Shown here one piece after another: positions 8,639 to 18,469 of a stretch of 41,310 nt of DNA. Positions within the stretch are counted from its first letter, which is position 1. Every line of letters begins with the position of its first letter. Origin of the DNA: Salinarchaeum sp. (GTDB lineage Archaea; Halobacteriota; Halobacteria; Halobacteriales; QS-1-68-20); NCBI GenBank assembly GCA_007122875.1, contig SKSS01000093.1:1-41310 (forward strand), written 5' to 3'. Made by a program: the position numbers and the translations under genes. The notes beneath the pieces were generated by a model. That model was not told the origin of the DNA. It searched no databases and saw only the letters and a program-made list of their open reading frames with translations.

Positions 8639-8781
8639 AGCTGGGTCGGCAACCGGGAGGGTCGTAGGCGTACGTACCGGGCCGTGGTCGGATCCGTTTC
8701 GATTCCCCAGTTTCCACCGGATTCGATTCCCAACCGTCAGCGGACAGCACACTTAAGCGGAAGCCATCGGAAGTGAATTCG

Positions 8782-9240
8782 ATGAGTGTCGCGGAGGTGG
8801 AATGTACCCAATGTGGGCGCGGCTTCGAGGTGGACACGACCTACTTTCAGACGTACGGCACCGACCCGTTCTGTCCGGACTGTCTGATCCACACCGAGTG
8901 CCACGACTGCGGACGTGGACTTCGACTCCAGCCGTCCCGGTATGGGGAACTCGGGGGCGATCCGGTGATCTGTACGGATTGCGGTCAGTCGAGACCATCA
9001 CACCGAGAGAACGCACCACCCGCAGCGCGACCGGCAGCGAAACCATCGTTCTGGCACGGACTGACGATCGGTGAGAAGATCCTCTTCCCGATCGTGGTTC
9101 TGGTAGGGATCGCGAGCGTCTTCGCGCTGGTGTGGTATCCGGAGGTCACCGCCCGGAACGTCGGGAGCCTGATCGCGGGGTGCGTCATCCTGATGTTCTG
9201 GCTGCTGGCTCGCGGGGAGAAAAACACCCCGAACACGTGA
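8782..9240 (+). CDS. Membrane protein with an N-terminal double zinc ribbon (four CxxC pairs) and two C-terminal TM helices
   Basis: CTQC, CPDC, CHDC and CTDC pairs, then hydrophobic stretches ILFPIVVLVGIASVFALVW and LIAGCVILMFWLL. Coding-like codon bias. An alternative GTG start exists at 8773. Confidence 0.6.
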   Translation: MSVAEVECTQCGRGFEVDTTYFQTYGTDPFCPDCLIHTECHDCGRGLRLQPSRYGELGGDPVICTDCGQSRPSHRENAPPAARPAAKPSFWHGLTIGEKILFPIVVLVGIASVFALVWYPEVTARNVGSLIAGCVILMFWLLARGEKNTPNT

Positions 9241-9272
9241 ACGACTATGGCGTGCTACCTCGTACCGCACTC

Positions 9273-10124
9273 ATGAACGAGACACTCGACGACATCACGT
9301 TTCTCGTCCGCTCGGAACACCGTGTCGGGGTCCTCGAAACGCTGACCGAGCATGCAGCCGACCGATCCGACCTGCGGGCCGCGACTGGGGCTTCCTCACC
9401 GACCATGGGCCGGATTCTCGCCGATTTCGAGGACCGTCACTGGATCGTCAGAGAGGGGCGAACGTATCGGTTGACCGGGTTGGGGGAGTTCGTCGCCGAT
9501 CGGTTCGGGGAGTTTCGGGATGCGATGACGGTCGAACGGCAGCTTCGCGACGTGTGGCCGTGGCTTCCCCACGAGATCGACGGATTTCACGTCGAGTTGT
9601 TCGCCGATGCGGTTGTCTCACGCCCCGGTCCCGGATACCCGTACCAACCGATCGAACGCCTCACCCACCTCCTTCGGGAGACGACGACGATGCGCGGCTT
9701 CGGAATGGCGATCCTGAAGTCGGGCAATCTGGAAGTCTTCTTCGATCGGGCGCTGTCCGACCTGGAGTGTGAGTACATCTACCCGCCCACCGTCTTCGAA
9801 GCGCTCCTGTCGTGGGACGAGGAAACCGTCGTCGAGGCGGCCGCACGGGACAACTACGCCGTCTTGCTGCACGACGAGTTACCGATCGACGATCGGTGCG
9901 GGATCTGCCTCTTCGACGACCGGGTCAGCCTCTGCTGTTACGATCACGAGACGGGAGGACTGCAGGCACTCATCGACTCCGAGTCGAGCGCGATGCGGTC
10001 GTGGGCGGAGTCGTACTACGAACGATTTCGAACGGAGGCTCGACCGCTCGACACGGCTGGTTCCCACGCCTCGATGGAGTCAGTCCGGGAAACGTTGGAC
10101 TCCGGATCACCGGTCGTCCGCTGA
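9273..10124 (+). CDS. Winged-helix regulator with FilR1/DUF1724-type domain (paralog of 96-905)
   Basis: LDDITFLVRSEHRVGVLETL...ATGASSPTMGRILADFEDRHWI aligns block for block with the 96-905 product. Start at internal ATG 9273 of track ORF 9132-10124. Confidence 0.8.
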   Translation: MNETLDDITFLVRSEHRVGVLETLTEHAADRSDLRAATGASSPTMGRILADFEDRHWIVREGRTYRLTGLGEFVADRFGEFRDAMTVERQLRDVWPWLPHEIDGFHVELFADAVVSRPGPGYPYQPIERLTHLLRETTTMRGFGMAILKSGNLEVFFDRALSDLECEYIYPPTVFEALLSWDEETVVEAAARDNYAVLLHDELPIDDRCGICLFDDRVSLCCYDHETGGLQALIDSESSAMRSWAESYYERFRTEARPLDTAGSHASMESVRETLDSGSPVVR

Positions 10125-10140
10125 CTGTTGCGTTCAAGGC

Positions 10141-10154
10141 GTGAAATATTTCAC
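10141..10154. promoter_or_regulatory. Perfect 14-bp palindrome GTGAAATATTTCAC between the second regulator and its methyltransferase
   Basis: Read directly. Lies 51-64 nt upstream of ATG 10205. The half-site ATTTCAC also occurs at 945-951 in the equivalent spacer of the first module. Confidence 0.4.
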
Positions 10155-10204
10155 TAGACAGTTATACTTTTGCGCTCGTCGTGGCTGCTTTCGCGGAGTG
10201 TACC

Positions 10205-11026
10205 ATGAGCGACCACCAATCAGAACCAACTGGCTGGCAGCTCGATCGGAGCGCGCCCAGGGCCTACGAGGAGTACCTCGTGCCACCGATGTTCGCGCCG
10301 TGGTCGGAACGGCTCGTCGAGACGGCCGACATCCGGGATGGAGAACGAGTACTCGACCTCGCCTGTGGGACCGGCATCGTGGCACGGAACGCCGCTTCGC
10401 GGGTGGGTGAGGAGGGAACCGTCGTCGGGGTTGACCTGAACGACGGGATGCTGGCGGTGGCGGAGGCGACCGCCGAGTCAGTGCAGCCCAGAATCGAGTG
10501 GCGGCAGGGGGATGCGACCGATCTGCCGTTCGCCGACGAACGCTTCGACGTCGTCTGTTGTCAGCAGGCCCTCCAGTTCTTCGACGACGCTGACGCGGCG
10601 CTCGCCGAGATACGTCGCGTACTCGTCCCGAACGGACGCGCAGTCCTCAGCGTCTGGCGGCCACTCCGGTACCACCCCGGCTACGTCGTTCTGGCTGACG
10701 CAATGGAACGTCACCTCGGAGACGACGCCGGAGCGATGATGCGGTCGCCGTTTCCCGAGTGGAAGATCGCCGATCTCCGCGCCCTCGTCGACGAGGCGGC
10801 GTTCGGCGAGCGAACGGTCGTCGTCGAGATCGGCTCGGTTCGGTACCCGTCGATCGAGGAGTTCGTTCGCCGGGAGGTCGCCAGTTCGCCGCTGGCGGAA
10901 CGACTCGACGACGAAGCGGTTCAAACGGCGCTCGTTCGAGCCGTCGAGAACGAGCTCGGAGAGTACACCGACGACGAGGGGGTCGTCTCCCCAATGGAGT
11001 CGTACGTCGTCACCGTACGTCGGTAG
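10205..11026 (+). CDS. Class I SAM-dependent methyltransferase (UbiE/Methyltransf_11-like)
   Basis: VLDLACGTGIVARNAA motif I, DATDLPFADERFDVVCCQQALQFF and LVPNGRAVLSVW blocks. Confidence 0.8.
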   Translation: MSDHQSEPTGWQLDRSAPRAYEEYLVPPMFAPWSERLVETADIRDGERVLDLACGTGIVARNAASRVGEEGTVVGVDLNDGMLAVAEATAESVQPRIEWRQGDATDLPFADERFDVVCCQQALQFFDDADAALAEIRRVLVPNGRAVLSVWRPLRYHPGYVVLADAMERHLGDDAGAMMRSPFPEWKIADLRALVDEAAFGERTVVVEIGSVRYPSIEEFVRREVASSPLAERLDDEAVQTALVRAVENELGEYTDDEGVVSPMESYVVTVRR

Positions 11027-11228
11027 CGGCAGTGAGACCGGTCGAAGCGGTGTTCTACACTTGCTTTGACCGGTCAGAAGACGAATGCCGTATGGATCTA
11101 CTGCTATGAGTCACCTCGTGCTCTGTGAGGAGGCGCTTCAGACGACTCCTTGTGGGGGTGAAGCACGGCGAAAGTCATGGGCTGTCACACCCAAAACGGC
11201 TTTGCCACCGCGGAAAGAGACGACGCCA

Positions 11229-11969
11229 ATGGACGCGGTTTCCGAACTCAGACAGCGCGAGGTGGAGACGTACTTCGAGGTGATCGCACGCGGCGGCTCC
11301 GAACGACTGCTCAGCGCCCGGTCGTTCCACAACCTCGGTGAATGGGAGCACGCGGACTACGAAGCGCTCTCCGAGACGCTTCGTGAGATGGATTCGACCA
11401 GCAGCGTCTCGTTTCTCGGCCGGGACGCCGAGCGCTTCGCCGACACGATCGCCCTGCTCGACGACGCCGGACACGAAATCGTCCTCCACGGCCACCGTCA
11501 CGTCGCCTGCGACGACATCGGGTACGACCTCGCCCACGAGAATCTGACGCGTGGGCTGGCCGCAATCGAGGACGCCGGCGGCGTGACGCCGCAGGGGGTC
11601 ATCGCTCCTCGACAGGAGGTTAACGCCGCAACGCTTCGGGTCGTCGACGAACTGGGCCTGACGTGGGTACTCGGACGAACCGATGCAGAGATCCCGGCCG
11701 GCATCGACTTTCTGGAGCCGGAACACCCCTACGACCTGATCGTCCTCAACGAGGGAGCAGAGCCACCGGAGGCGTTCGATCGGATCCGCGAGCAGACCCG
11801 CCCGGGAGCCGCGTTGCTGTTCCACCCGAACATGCTCGACTACTACGACGCGTGCTCCGAGTTCGAGACGTGGCTCGCTGATACGAAGCCAGTCTCGATC
11901 GGGACGCTCATCGACGACGGCGGGGTCGGCATCATCAACGACGCCATGCGGCCGCTCCGGATCGGGTGA
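11229..11969 (+). CDS. Polysaccharide deacetylase-like protein
   Basis: IVLHGHRH metal-binding-like motif and overall resemblance to haloarchaeal polysaccharide deacetylase family proteins. Start at internal ATG 11229. Confidence 0.55.
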   Translation: MDAVSELRQREVETYFEVIARGGSERLLSARSFHNLGEWEHADYEALSETLREMDSTSSVSFLGRDAERFADTIALLDDAGHEIVLHGHRHVACDDIGYDLAHENLTRGLAAIEDAGGVTPQGVIAPRQEVNAATLRVVDELGLTWVLGRTDAEIPAGIDFLEPEHPYDLIVLNEGAEPPEAFDRIREQTRPGAALLFHPNMLDYYDACSEFETWLADTKPVSIGTLIDDGGVGIINDAMRPLRIG

Positions 11970-12046
11970 TCGATTCCGGCGAACCGACTCAAATCGAATC
12001 GTGCCGAACCGCACCAATCTTGGTCTCGGGGTCGAATCTCCACTGT

Positions 12047-12316
12047 ATGGTGGAGTACGCGCCCGACGAGGAGTCGCTCGCCGAGGTCGACTCGGAGCGA
12101 GAGCGGGTTCGACTGGTCGCCAAGCGAGTCTCACGGTCACGCTCGGTCGAATGGATTGCCGAGACGGCGGACGCGGACGAGGAGGTCGTTCGAGAGGAGT
12201 GCGAACGGCTAGCCAAGCGGTTCGTTCTCAGACGAATCGGAGATGATCGCTACGACGTCCGGCTCTGGGTGGTCTATCTGGACATTCTCCTCCGTCGACT
12301 CAGGCTCCGCCGCTGA
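12047..12316 (+). CDS. Small hypothetical protein (possible winged-helix fold)
   Basis: 89 codons with strong GC3 bias and an acidic composition. No recognisable motif. Confidence 0.45.
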   Translation: MVEYAPDEESLAEVDSERERVRLVAKRVSRSRSVEWIAETADADEEVVREECERLAKRFVLRRIGDDRYDVRLWVVYLDILLRRLRLRR

Positions 12317-12534
12317 TCCGAGAACGACACGGCCGAGCGACCGCTCGGAACCGGTCGATGAGATCGTGATCACCGATCGAAGTACCGTGACCACCGATCG
12401 GATCACCACTACATGCCCGTGAAGCTCGGATTTCGAGCACACGGCAAGCTAGTCGGACCGGACGCGGTCGAATCGCCTCGACCGCCCGGACTGTACGGCG
12501 AACGCGCGTATCGGGGGTGACGATGCCCTACCGT

Positions 12535-13029
12535 CTACGTCATGTACTCGTCGACGATCGAAGCGATGACCGGGAGCCGTTTTTCGTTCCCCTGGAACGC
12601 GGAGAACATCATGTAGACGTACAGGAGGAACATCGCGAACCCGAACGCTAACCAGAGCAACCCGAATCCAAGCGAGATCAGGAAGCCAAGGTATGGGATA
12701 TCCCCGAGTAAGAACCCGACGATGAGTTGAAAGATCATCAACCCGATCACGGCGGCAAACAGTCCCGCGGAAAGTACCAGGCTCTGCGCTGCGTGAAAGC
12801 GGACGAATGGGTTCTTCTGCTCGACGATGTACAGGGCACCGCCGGAGACGAAGCCCCAGAAGTACGCCAGTGCGCCGAGGATGTTTTCGCTCACCCCGAG
12901 TTGGGTTTCACTCTCGGTTTCGTCGTCGGGTATGTGGTCATCGACCGTCGGTTGGTCTTGCTCGACATCAGTTTCGGTCGATACATCTGCCTCTTCTACA
13001 GATCCGCCATCGGTGGTTTCTCGTGTCAT
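12535..13029 (-). CDS. DUF4870-type membrane protein with an acidic N-terminal tail
   Basis: ILGALAYFWGFVSG...PFVRFHAAQSL block followed by further TM helices, as in DUF4870 family proteins. Confidence 0.7.
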   Translation of the reverse strand: MTRETTDGGSVEEADVSTETDVEQDQPTVDDHIPDDETESETQLGVSENILGALAYFWGFVSGGALYIVEQKNPFVRFHAAQSLVLSAGLFAAVIGLMIFQLIVGFLLGDIPYLGFLISLGFGLLWLAFGFAMFLLYVYMMFSAFQGNEKRLPVIASIVDEYMT

Positions 13030-13254
13030 GGTGGTGTTCCGAATCGGTCGACCCCGAAACCCCCCGGCCGCTAACCGGCAGGTAAAAACGACTATTTACA
13101 TGACCTTAAGTATAATTGAGCGTGAGGTATCCTTCTTAGTTACCTGTGGGTAAGGTATAGTGCGGTTCGTCTCGCGGTCGAGACGTACACTTTAATGTAG
13201 GCTACGTTCGTGGATTCCGTCGGATGCTGATACGGGCACGTTCGTTCGTTCGGG

Positions 13255-13884
13255 GTGGATCCGGTGGTATCGATGGCTGACCGCGACGGATCGCTGCACG
13301 CTGGCGCGCGTACGGAACGGAAGGGCGACGATGTCGGCGTCGTCAACGGCGACGACCAATCGTCGAGCCGCTCGATGGGGGCGACCGGCTCGGCTCCCGA
13401 ACTGGTCGTCGTGTGCGGCCTGCCCGGCGTGGGAAAGACGACCGTCGCGGAGACGATCACGGATCGGACCGACGGCGAGTTGTTCCGAACCGACGTGGTG
13501 AGAAAGGAGCTCTTCCCGGAGCCGGAATACACCGCCGAGGAGAGTCAGGTCGTCTACGAGGAGCTGTTCCGACGGGGGACCGAAGCGCTCGCCCGCGGGT
13601 CGGCTGCGGTGTTCGACGGGACGTTCACGGATCGGTCCCGCCGGGAGAACGCCCTCGCCGTCGCGGACGAGGTGGGTGTAGACTGGACCCTCGTCAACGT
13701 ACAGTGTGACACGACGGTCGTCGAGCGCCGAATCGAGTGCCGGGAGAACGACGTGAGCGACGCCGACTTCGACGTCCACCTCATGTACCGCGACCGATTC
13801 GAGCCAATCGATCGCGATCACGTGACGGTCGACAACTCCGACGGACTCGACGAGACGTACCGACAGATCGAGACGTACTTCTAG
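13255..13884 (+). CDS. P-loop kinase-like ATPase (AAA_33 / zeta-toxin-like fold)
   Basis: Walker A VVVCGLPGVGKTT and a later FDGTF block. Start is uncertain (ATG 13255, 13273 or 13375). Confidence 0.7.
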   Translation: MDPVVSMADRDGSLHAGARTERKGDDVGVVNGDDQSSSRSMGATGSAPELVVVCGLPGVGKTTVAETITDRTDGELFRTDVVRKELFPEPEYTAEESQVVYEELFRRGTEALARGSAAVFDGTFTDRSRRENALAVADEVGVDWTLVNVQCDTTVVERRIECRENDVSDADFDVHLMYRDRFEPIDRDHVTVDNSDGLDETYRQIETYF

Positions 13885-15140
13885 CGATCCGAGTCGTACC
13901 GGGCGTCGATCGCTGCGATCTCGGGGGCGATTCGATCGACCTCACCCCCGGCGGCCAGCGCGGACGCAGTGTCTTTCAACCCGTGGCCGGTCGTGACGAT
14001 GACGACGGCGTCGCCCGCGTCGATAATCCCCTGCTCGCGGGCCTTCTCGACGCCCGCGACCGGAGCCGCCCCGGCCGGTTCCGCGTATATCCCCTCCGTC
14101 CGCCCGAGCGTCGCCTCCGCGGCGAGGATCTCGTCGTCGCTCACGGTCACGGCCGCGCCGTCGCTCGCTTCGAGCGCGGTACACGCCTTTACCGTGTTTC
14201 TGGGCCGGCCAACGGCGATGCTGTCGGCGACGGTGTCCGCGACCTCGGCGACATCGTCGTGGTCGTAGAAGGCGTCGTGGATGGCACTCGCACCGTCGGC
14301 TTGGACCCCCAGAAAGCGGGGAACGTCGTCGGCGAACCCGAGGTCATAGAACTCTTGAAAGCCCTTCCAACCGCCGTAGATCGTACAGCCGTCGCCCATC
14401 GAGAAGACGACCCAGTCCGGCACGTCCGGTCCGCTCCAGTTCGGGCCGCCCGCTCGACACTGTTCGGCGAGTTCGTGACCGACGGTTCGTTTCCCCTCGA
14501 CGAGAAACGGGTTGATCGCGGCGTTGCGGTTGTACCACCCGTAGCGGTCGGTGACCGTCATGCTGAGGTCGTACGCTTCGTCGTAGGTTCCCTCGACTGC
14601 GAGTACGTCCGCGCCGTAGACGAGCGGCTGGGCGAGCTTTCCCTCGGGGGCGTCGGCGGGGACGAACAGCCGGCAGTCGAGACCCGCTCGCGCCGCGTAG
14701 CCCGCCAACGACGCGGCGGCGTTACCGGTCGACGCACAGGTCACGACATCCCGACCGGTCGCTTGGGCCTTCGTCACGCCGACGCTCGATGCGCGATCTT
14801 TCAACACCCCGGTCGGGTTGCGCGCGTCGTCTTTCACGCCGAGTTCGACGCCCAGTTTCTCGCCGAGTGCCGGGGCGTCGAGCAGCGGCGTTCCACCCTC
14901 GCCGAGGGTGACCGGATCGGCGTCGGGATCGACCGGAAGAAACGCACGATACTTCCACTGGCTCTCGATCCGACCGTCGAGGTCGGCGTCGAACCGATCG
15001 ACCACCTCGTCGTAGTCGTACTGGACCGTGAGAATCCCGCGAACACCCTCGTGTTCGGGGCAGGTGTACAGCTCGCGTTCGGGATCGTACGTCTCCCCAC
15101 AGAGCGTACATTCGAGCGCCGTGACGTGAGGCAGTGCCAT
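13881..15140 (-). CDS. thrC: Threonine synthase
   Basis: 419-aa ORF with an N-terminal zinc-ribbon-like CTLCGETYDPERELYTCPEH and PLP-enzyme blocks (NPTGVLKDRASS, CASTGNAAASLA). Confidence 0.9.
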   Translation of the reverse strand: MALPHVTALECTLCGETYDPERELYTCPEHEGVRGILTVQYDYDEVVDRFDADLDGRIESQWKYRAFLPVDPDADPVTLGEGGTPLLDAPALGEKLGVELGVKDDARNPTGVLKDRASSVGVTKAQATGRDVVTCASTGNAAASLAGYAARAGLDCRLFVPADAPEGKLAQPLVYGADVLAVEGTYDEAYDLSMTVTDRYGWYNRNAAINPFLVEGKRTVGHELAEQCRAGGPNWSGPDVPDWVVFSMGDGCTIYGGWKGFQEFYDLGFADDVPRFLGVQADGASAIHDAFYDHDDVAEVADTVADSIAVGRPRNTVKACTALEASDGAAVTVSDDEILAAEATLGRTEGIYAEPAGAAPVAGVEKAREQGIIDAGDAVVIVTTGHGLKDTASALAAGGEVDRIAPEIAAIDARYDSDR

Positions 15141-15292
15141 ACCACCACGTCGCGTTCGGGGAAGTAGAACCTCACCCTACCGGCGGGGTGTGTATCGACT
15201 TCGGAACAGTTCGTGACGGGGGTGACGAAGCCGGGTGTAAGGTGGACCGGTTTGTCGCACCTTTTTACTCAGCCCCGAGAACCTCCCCGACG

Positions 15293-15862
15293 ATGACCGA
15301 CGGCTCCGACGCCGACGATTCGCTCGCCTGGGAGACGACCCACGAGGAGACGGCCTACGAGTGCGAGGCGTTCGAGGTGCTCTCACAGCGCGTGCGCCTC
15401 CCTGACGGCACCGAAACCGACTTCGACCACCTGACCGAGCCGGCGGCGGTCGTGATCCTCCCGCTGACAGCCGACGGTGACGCGGTCGTGATCGAGGAGT
15501 GGCGGCAGGCCGTCGAGCGGGTCAACCGCGGATTGCCGGCGGGGACCGTCGAGGCTGACGACGACGATCTGAGCGAGACCGCCCGGCGGGAACTCGCCGA
15601 GGAGACCGGCTACGAGGCCGACCGGATCGAACCGCTTGCCACGCTCGAACCCGCAAACGGCCTGCTCGATTCGGTTCACCACCACTTCGTCGCCCGCGGC
15701 TGCCGACCGACAGCGGAGCAGGAACTCGATCACGACGAATCGATTCGGGTGAAGACCGTTCCGTACGGCGAACTCCTCGAAACCGTTCGAGCGGGCGAAC
15801 TGCGCGACGGACGAAGTGCGCTCACCGTGCTGTACCACGAGTTCGGTATCACCACGGAGTGA
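15293..15862 (+). CDS. NUDIX hydrolase (ADP-ribose pyrophosphatase-like)
   Basis: Nudix box GTVEADDDDLSETARRELAEETGY. TTTTTA element about 25 nt upstream of ATG 15293. Confidence 0.85.
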   Translation: MTDGSDADDSLAWETTHEETAYECEAFEVLSQRVRLPDGTETDFDHLTEPAAVVILPLTADGDAVVIEEWRQAVERVNRGLPAGTVEADDDDLSETARRELAEETGYEADRIEPLATLEPANGLLDSVHHHFVARGCRPTAEQELDHDESIRVKTVPYGELLETVRAGELRDGRSALTVLYHEFGITTE

Positions 15863-15889
15863 CCGCCGATCGGAGAACGACGGAACGAT

Positions 15890-16657
15890 CTACGCCTCCG
15901 GAACGCCGCTCAGGTTCCGTGTGTATCGGCGGATCGTCTCGCCCTCCTCGTCGCGGAGTTCGACGACGAACTGCTGTTGGCCGACGACCTCCTCCAGTTC
16001 GTCGACCTCGAAGGCCATCGAAAACGGCGGGTCGGTGGCCCGATCGATCTCACGATCGCCGGAGGTGACGACGACGTGGTCGATGCCCGTGGGATCGGAG
16101 AGTTCGCACTCGACGACACCGTCGACCTGTACGCAGTCGAGGTCGGGGTTCACGTCGGGGGCGCGGTCGCCCTCGACCGCGCCCGTGAAGTCGAGCGTCA
16201 TCGGGGCGATTGGGGCCGTGCCGAGGACGATGACGATCACGAAGAAGACGGTCAAGTTGAGCTTCGACGCCTGCCGAAGCACCGGACGGAGCGACGGACG
16301 GATGCCCGACCGGCGGAGTCGGATCACGGCCGGCAGGATCACGAAGTGAGTCAACGGTCCCCACAGGATCAGGACGAATCCGTACGCCATCACGTAGGTG
16401 AGAACCGTCCAGTCGGGACGGTACGACAGCAGCAGGCTCGCTCCTGACCACGTGAAGAACCCGAGGAAGACGAGCGACCCGCTTTTGAGCCACCGCCAGA
16501 TGGGGGTGTTCGCGTAGTAGACGCTCAGGGCGTCGTTCCACAGCCCCCGGATCGTTCGTCGAAGCCACGCGAGAGGTTGCTCGGTGAGCGATGGTTTCGG
16601 AGGACGCGATGACGACGTGCGTTCGTCGGAGTCGATGTGCGAGTTCGAATCACTCAT
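15890..16657 (-). CDS. Hypothetical integral membrane protein with a C-terminal soluble domain
   Basis: 255-aa ORF with four or five hydrophobic helices and then an acidic domain. Lies directly downstream of cbaA on the same strand. Confidence 0.6.
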   Translation of the reverse strand: MSDSNSHIDSDERTSSSRPPKPSLTEQPLAWLRRTIRGLWNDALSVYYANTPIWRWLKSGSLVFLGFFTWSGASLLLSYRPDWTVLTYVMAYGFVLILWGPLTHFVILPAVIRLRRSGIRPSLRPVLRQASKLNLTVFFVIVIVLGTAPIAPMTLDFTGAVEGDRAPDVNPDLDCVQVDGVVECELSDPTGIDHVVVTSGDREIDRATDPPFSMAFEVDELEEVVGQQQFVVELRDEEGETIRRYTRNLSGVPEA

Positions 16658-16732
16658 CTATTGTGTGGGTGGTCGGCGGGTCGATCGGCGAACAGTTCGA
16701 GTCGTGACGGTAGGCTGGAGCCGATAGGCGCA

Positions 16733-18469
16733 CTATGCGCCGATCGACCACAGTTGACTGAGCAGATACCAGTTCAGCACGTAAGCGACGACGAACGTCG
16801 CCATAAAGACGAGACAGAGGACGAACGTCCCCCGCATCTCGTAGGCGTGGACCGGATCGTCCTCGTCGACGGCGTCGATAGCCGTTCCGTGTGCACCGCC
16901 GTCCGGGAGGAGATCGGCGTTGTCCTCGGGCGACTCGATCCGCTCGCCGACGATCAGCGACGCGAGGGCGATCACCAGGAAGAGGACACCCCCGAGGACC
17001 GCAAGCAGCGCGAAGATTCCGAAGACCGAAAACAGCGGTGCGGCGGCGGCGAGGCTGAACTCCGTGCCGGGGATGTTCTCGACGACCTCCGACGTTCGGC
17101 GGGGAACGCCGTAGAGGATGCCGACGTACATCAACATCAGCGTGGCGATGCTCATCGTTCCCGCGTAGAAGTACGGCTGGGCCGCAGCGAGCCGGGGGAA
17201 CGCCAGCCGACGCATGAACATCGTCCGGATCAGGAAGTACAGCAGGCCCATGAACGCGACCGTCGTTCCGAGCACGACCGTCGCGTGGAAGTGGCCAACA
17301 GTTGCGAGCGTGTTGTGCCAGGCCATGTTGAGCTGCAGTTGGCCCATCAATACGCCCGTGATCCCGCCGAGGAAGCCGAAGAGGATGATCGAGAAGACCA
17401 CCGACGAGAACACGGGATTCTTCCACGGGGCGGAGGTGAGCCAGCCGAACAGTCCGCCACCCTTCCCGCGCTTACGTCGACCGGCCTCGATCCCCGCCGG
17501 GATGGCGAAGGCGTGGATTAAGCTCGCGAACGTCGCGCCGTAGAAGGCGTACGAGGTGTTGAAGATCCGCCAGCCGGTCGTGACCGCCGGATCGGACAGC
17601 AGGTGGTGGGCCGCGCCCATGTTGATGAAGAACAGATAGAGGATGAACGCCGTCCGCGAGACCTTCTCGCTGACGATTTCGGCCCCGCCGACGACGTGAG
17701 TGAGGAAGTACCAGACGGTGATCATCGCCACGAGGTTGATCTGCTGGCTCCCGTGGCCGACGATCCAGTAGAGCTGGCGGTACAGCGCGGCGTCGATCGT
17801 CGCGATGAGTTCGAGCCGCCAGGCCAGCGCGTAGGAGAACGTCACCAGCCCGCCGAGGATCGCCTCGACGGCGATGATCGAGGTCACGAACGCACCGAAG
17901 GTCACGAGCGGGAGCGAACCGGTCCGGCGCTTGCGCTCGCGCCAGAGCGTGACGAAGAACGGAAGCGCGGCGATCGTCGTTCCGAGCAGGAAGACGATCA
18001 CGCCGGCGTAGAACAGCGGCGAGGACGGCAGGGGGGCGTACGAGGTCAAAAGCGGGGCCTCGTCGGGCGCACTCGTCGTGATGATCGAGTAGTTGACCGC
18101 CACCGCACCGGCGACCATCGTTCCCCAGCCGATCTTCGCCAGCGAGGTGAACGGCAGCTTTCGGCCGAGCACCATCGGGCCGCCGACGTAGAGGATGGCG
18201 ATTTCGGTGAAGATCATCCAGAAGATGAGCAGGTTCCAGGCGTGTAGGCTCAGGTGGATGTAGAAGTCCTCCGCCGGGAGCAAGCCGATCACCTCCCAGC
18301 GGGTCATCGCCACCGTGAACGCGAAGATGCCGCCGAACAGCAACGCGACGACGGCCGTCAGCCCGAACAGCTTCGCGTGATTTTCGACCGACCGATGGAC
18401 GTCGAGGCCGGTCACGCCACAGCGTCGAAAGCCCTCGTCGTCGTACTCGTTGTCGAACAGCCAGGTCAT
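16733..18469 (-). CDS. cbaA: ba3-type cytochrome oxidase subunit I
   Basis: Multi-TM heme-copper oxidase subunit I pattern (conserved His-containing helices, e.g. GHFHATVV and VGHGSQQ). The ATG at 18467-18469 overlaps the cbaB stop as ATGA. Confidence 0.85.
   Translation of the reverse strand: MTWLFDNEYDDEGFRRCGVTGLDVHRSVENHAKLFGLTAVVALLFGGIFAFTVAMTRWEVIGLLPAEDFYIHLSLHAWNLLIFWMIFTEIAILYVGGPMVLGRKLPFTSLAKIGWGTMVAGAVAVNYSIITTSAPDEAPLLTSYAPLPSSPLFYAGVIVFLLGTTIAALPFFVTLWRERKRRTGSLPLVTFGAFVTSIIAVEAILGGLVTFSYALAWRLELIATIDAALYRQLYWIVGHGSQQINLVAMITVWYFLTHVVGGAEIVSEKVSRTAFILYLFFINMGAAHHLLSDPAVTTGWRIFNTSYAFYGATFASLIHAFAIPAGIEAGRRKRGKGGGLFGWLTSAPWKNPVFSSVVFSIILFGFLGGITGVLMGQLQLNMAWHNTLATVGHFHATVVLGTTVAFMGLLYFLIRTMFMRRLAFPRLAAAQPYFYAGTMSIATLMLMYVGILYGVPRRTSEVVENIPGTEFSLAAAAPLFSVFGIFALLAVLGGVLFLVIALASLIVGERIESPEDNADLLPDGGAHGTAIDAVDEDDPVHAYEMRGTFVLCLVFMATFVVAYVLNWYLLSQLWSIGA

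Noticed and set aside
8698-8733. Recurrent TCGATTC(C/T)CC-type motif as a common regulator site. It is seen in the spacers at 8698-8733, 36645-36676 and 39703-39738.
   Set aside because: Very similar strings also occur inside coding regions (e.g. 37745-37757 in hutH and 11966-11975). CGAT/TTC-rich words are frequent in this genome, so the cross-locus similarity is not convincing without statistics.
11175-12140. 321-aa minus-strand ORF over the deacetylase-like gene.
   Set aside because: Antisense, Arg-rich, no motif. The plus-strand genes have normal acidic composition and GC3 bias.
13737-15167. 476-aa plus-strand ORF covering the thrC locus.
   Set aside because: Antisense to an unmistakable threonine synthase. 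Arg/Gly/Val-rich composition. A high-GC artefact.
16643-16651. tRNA T-loop-like GTTCGAATC.
   Set aside because: Lies inside the 5' end of a coding sequence. The flanks cannot form a T-stem or cloverleaf. No tRNA or rRNA was found anywhere in the window by eye.
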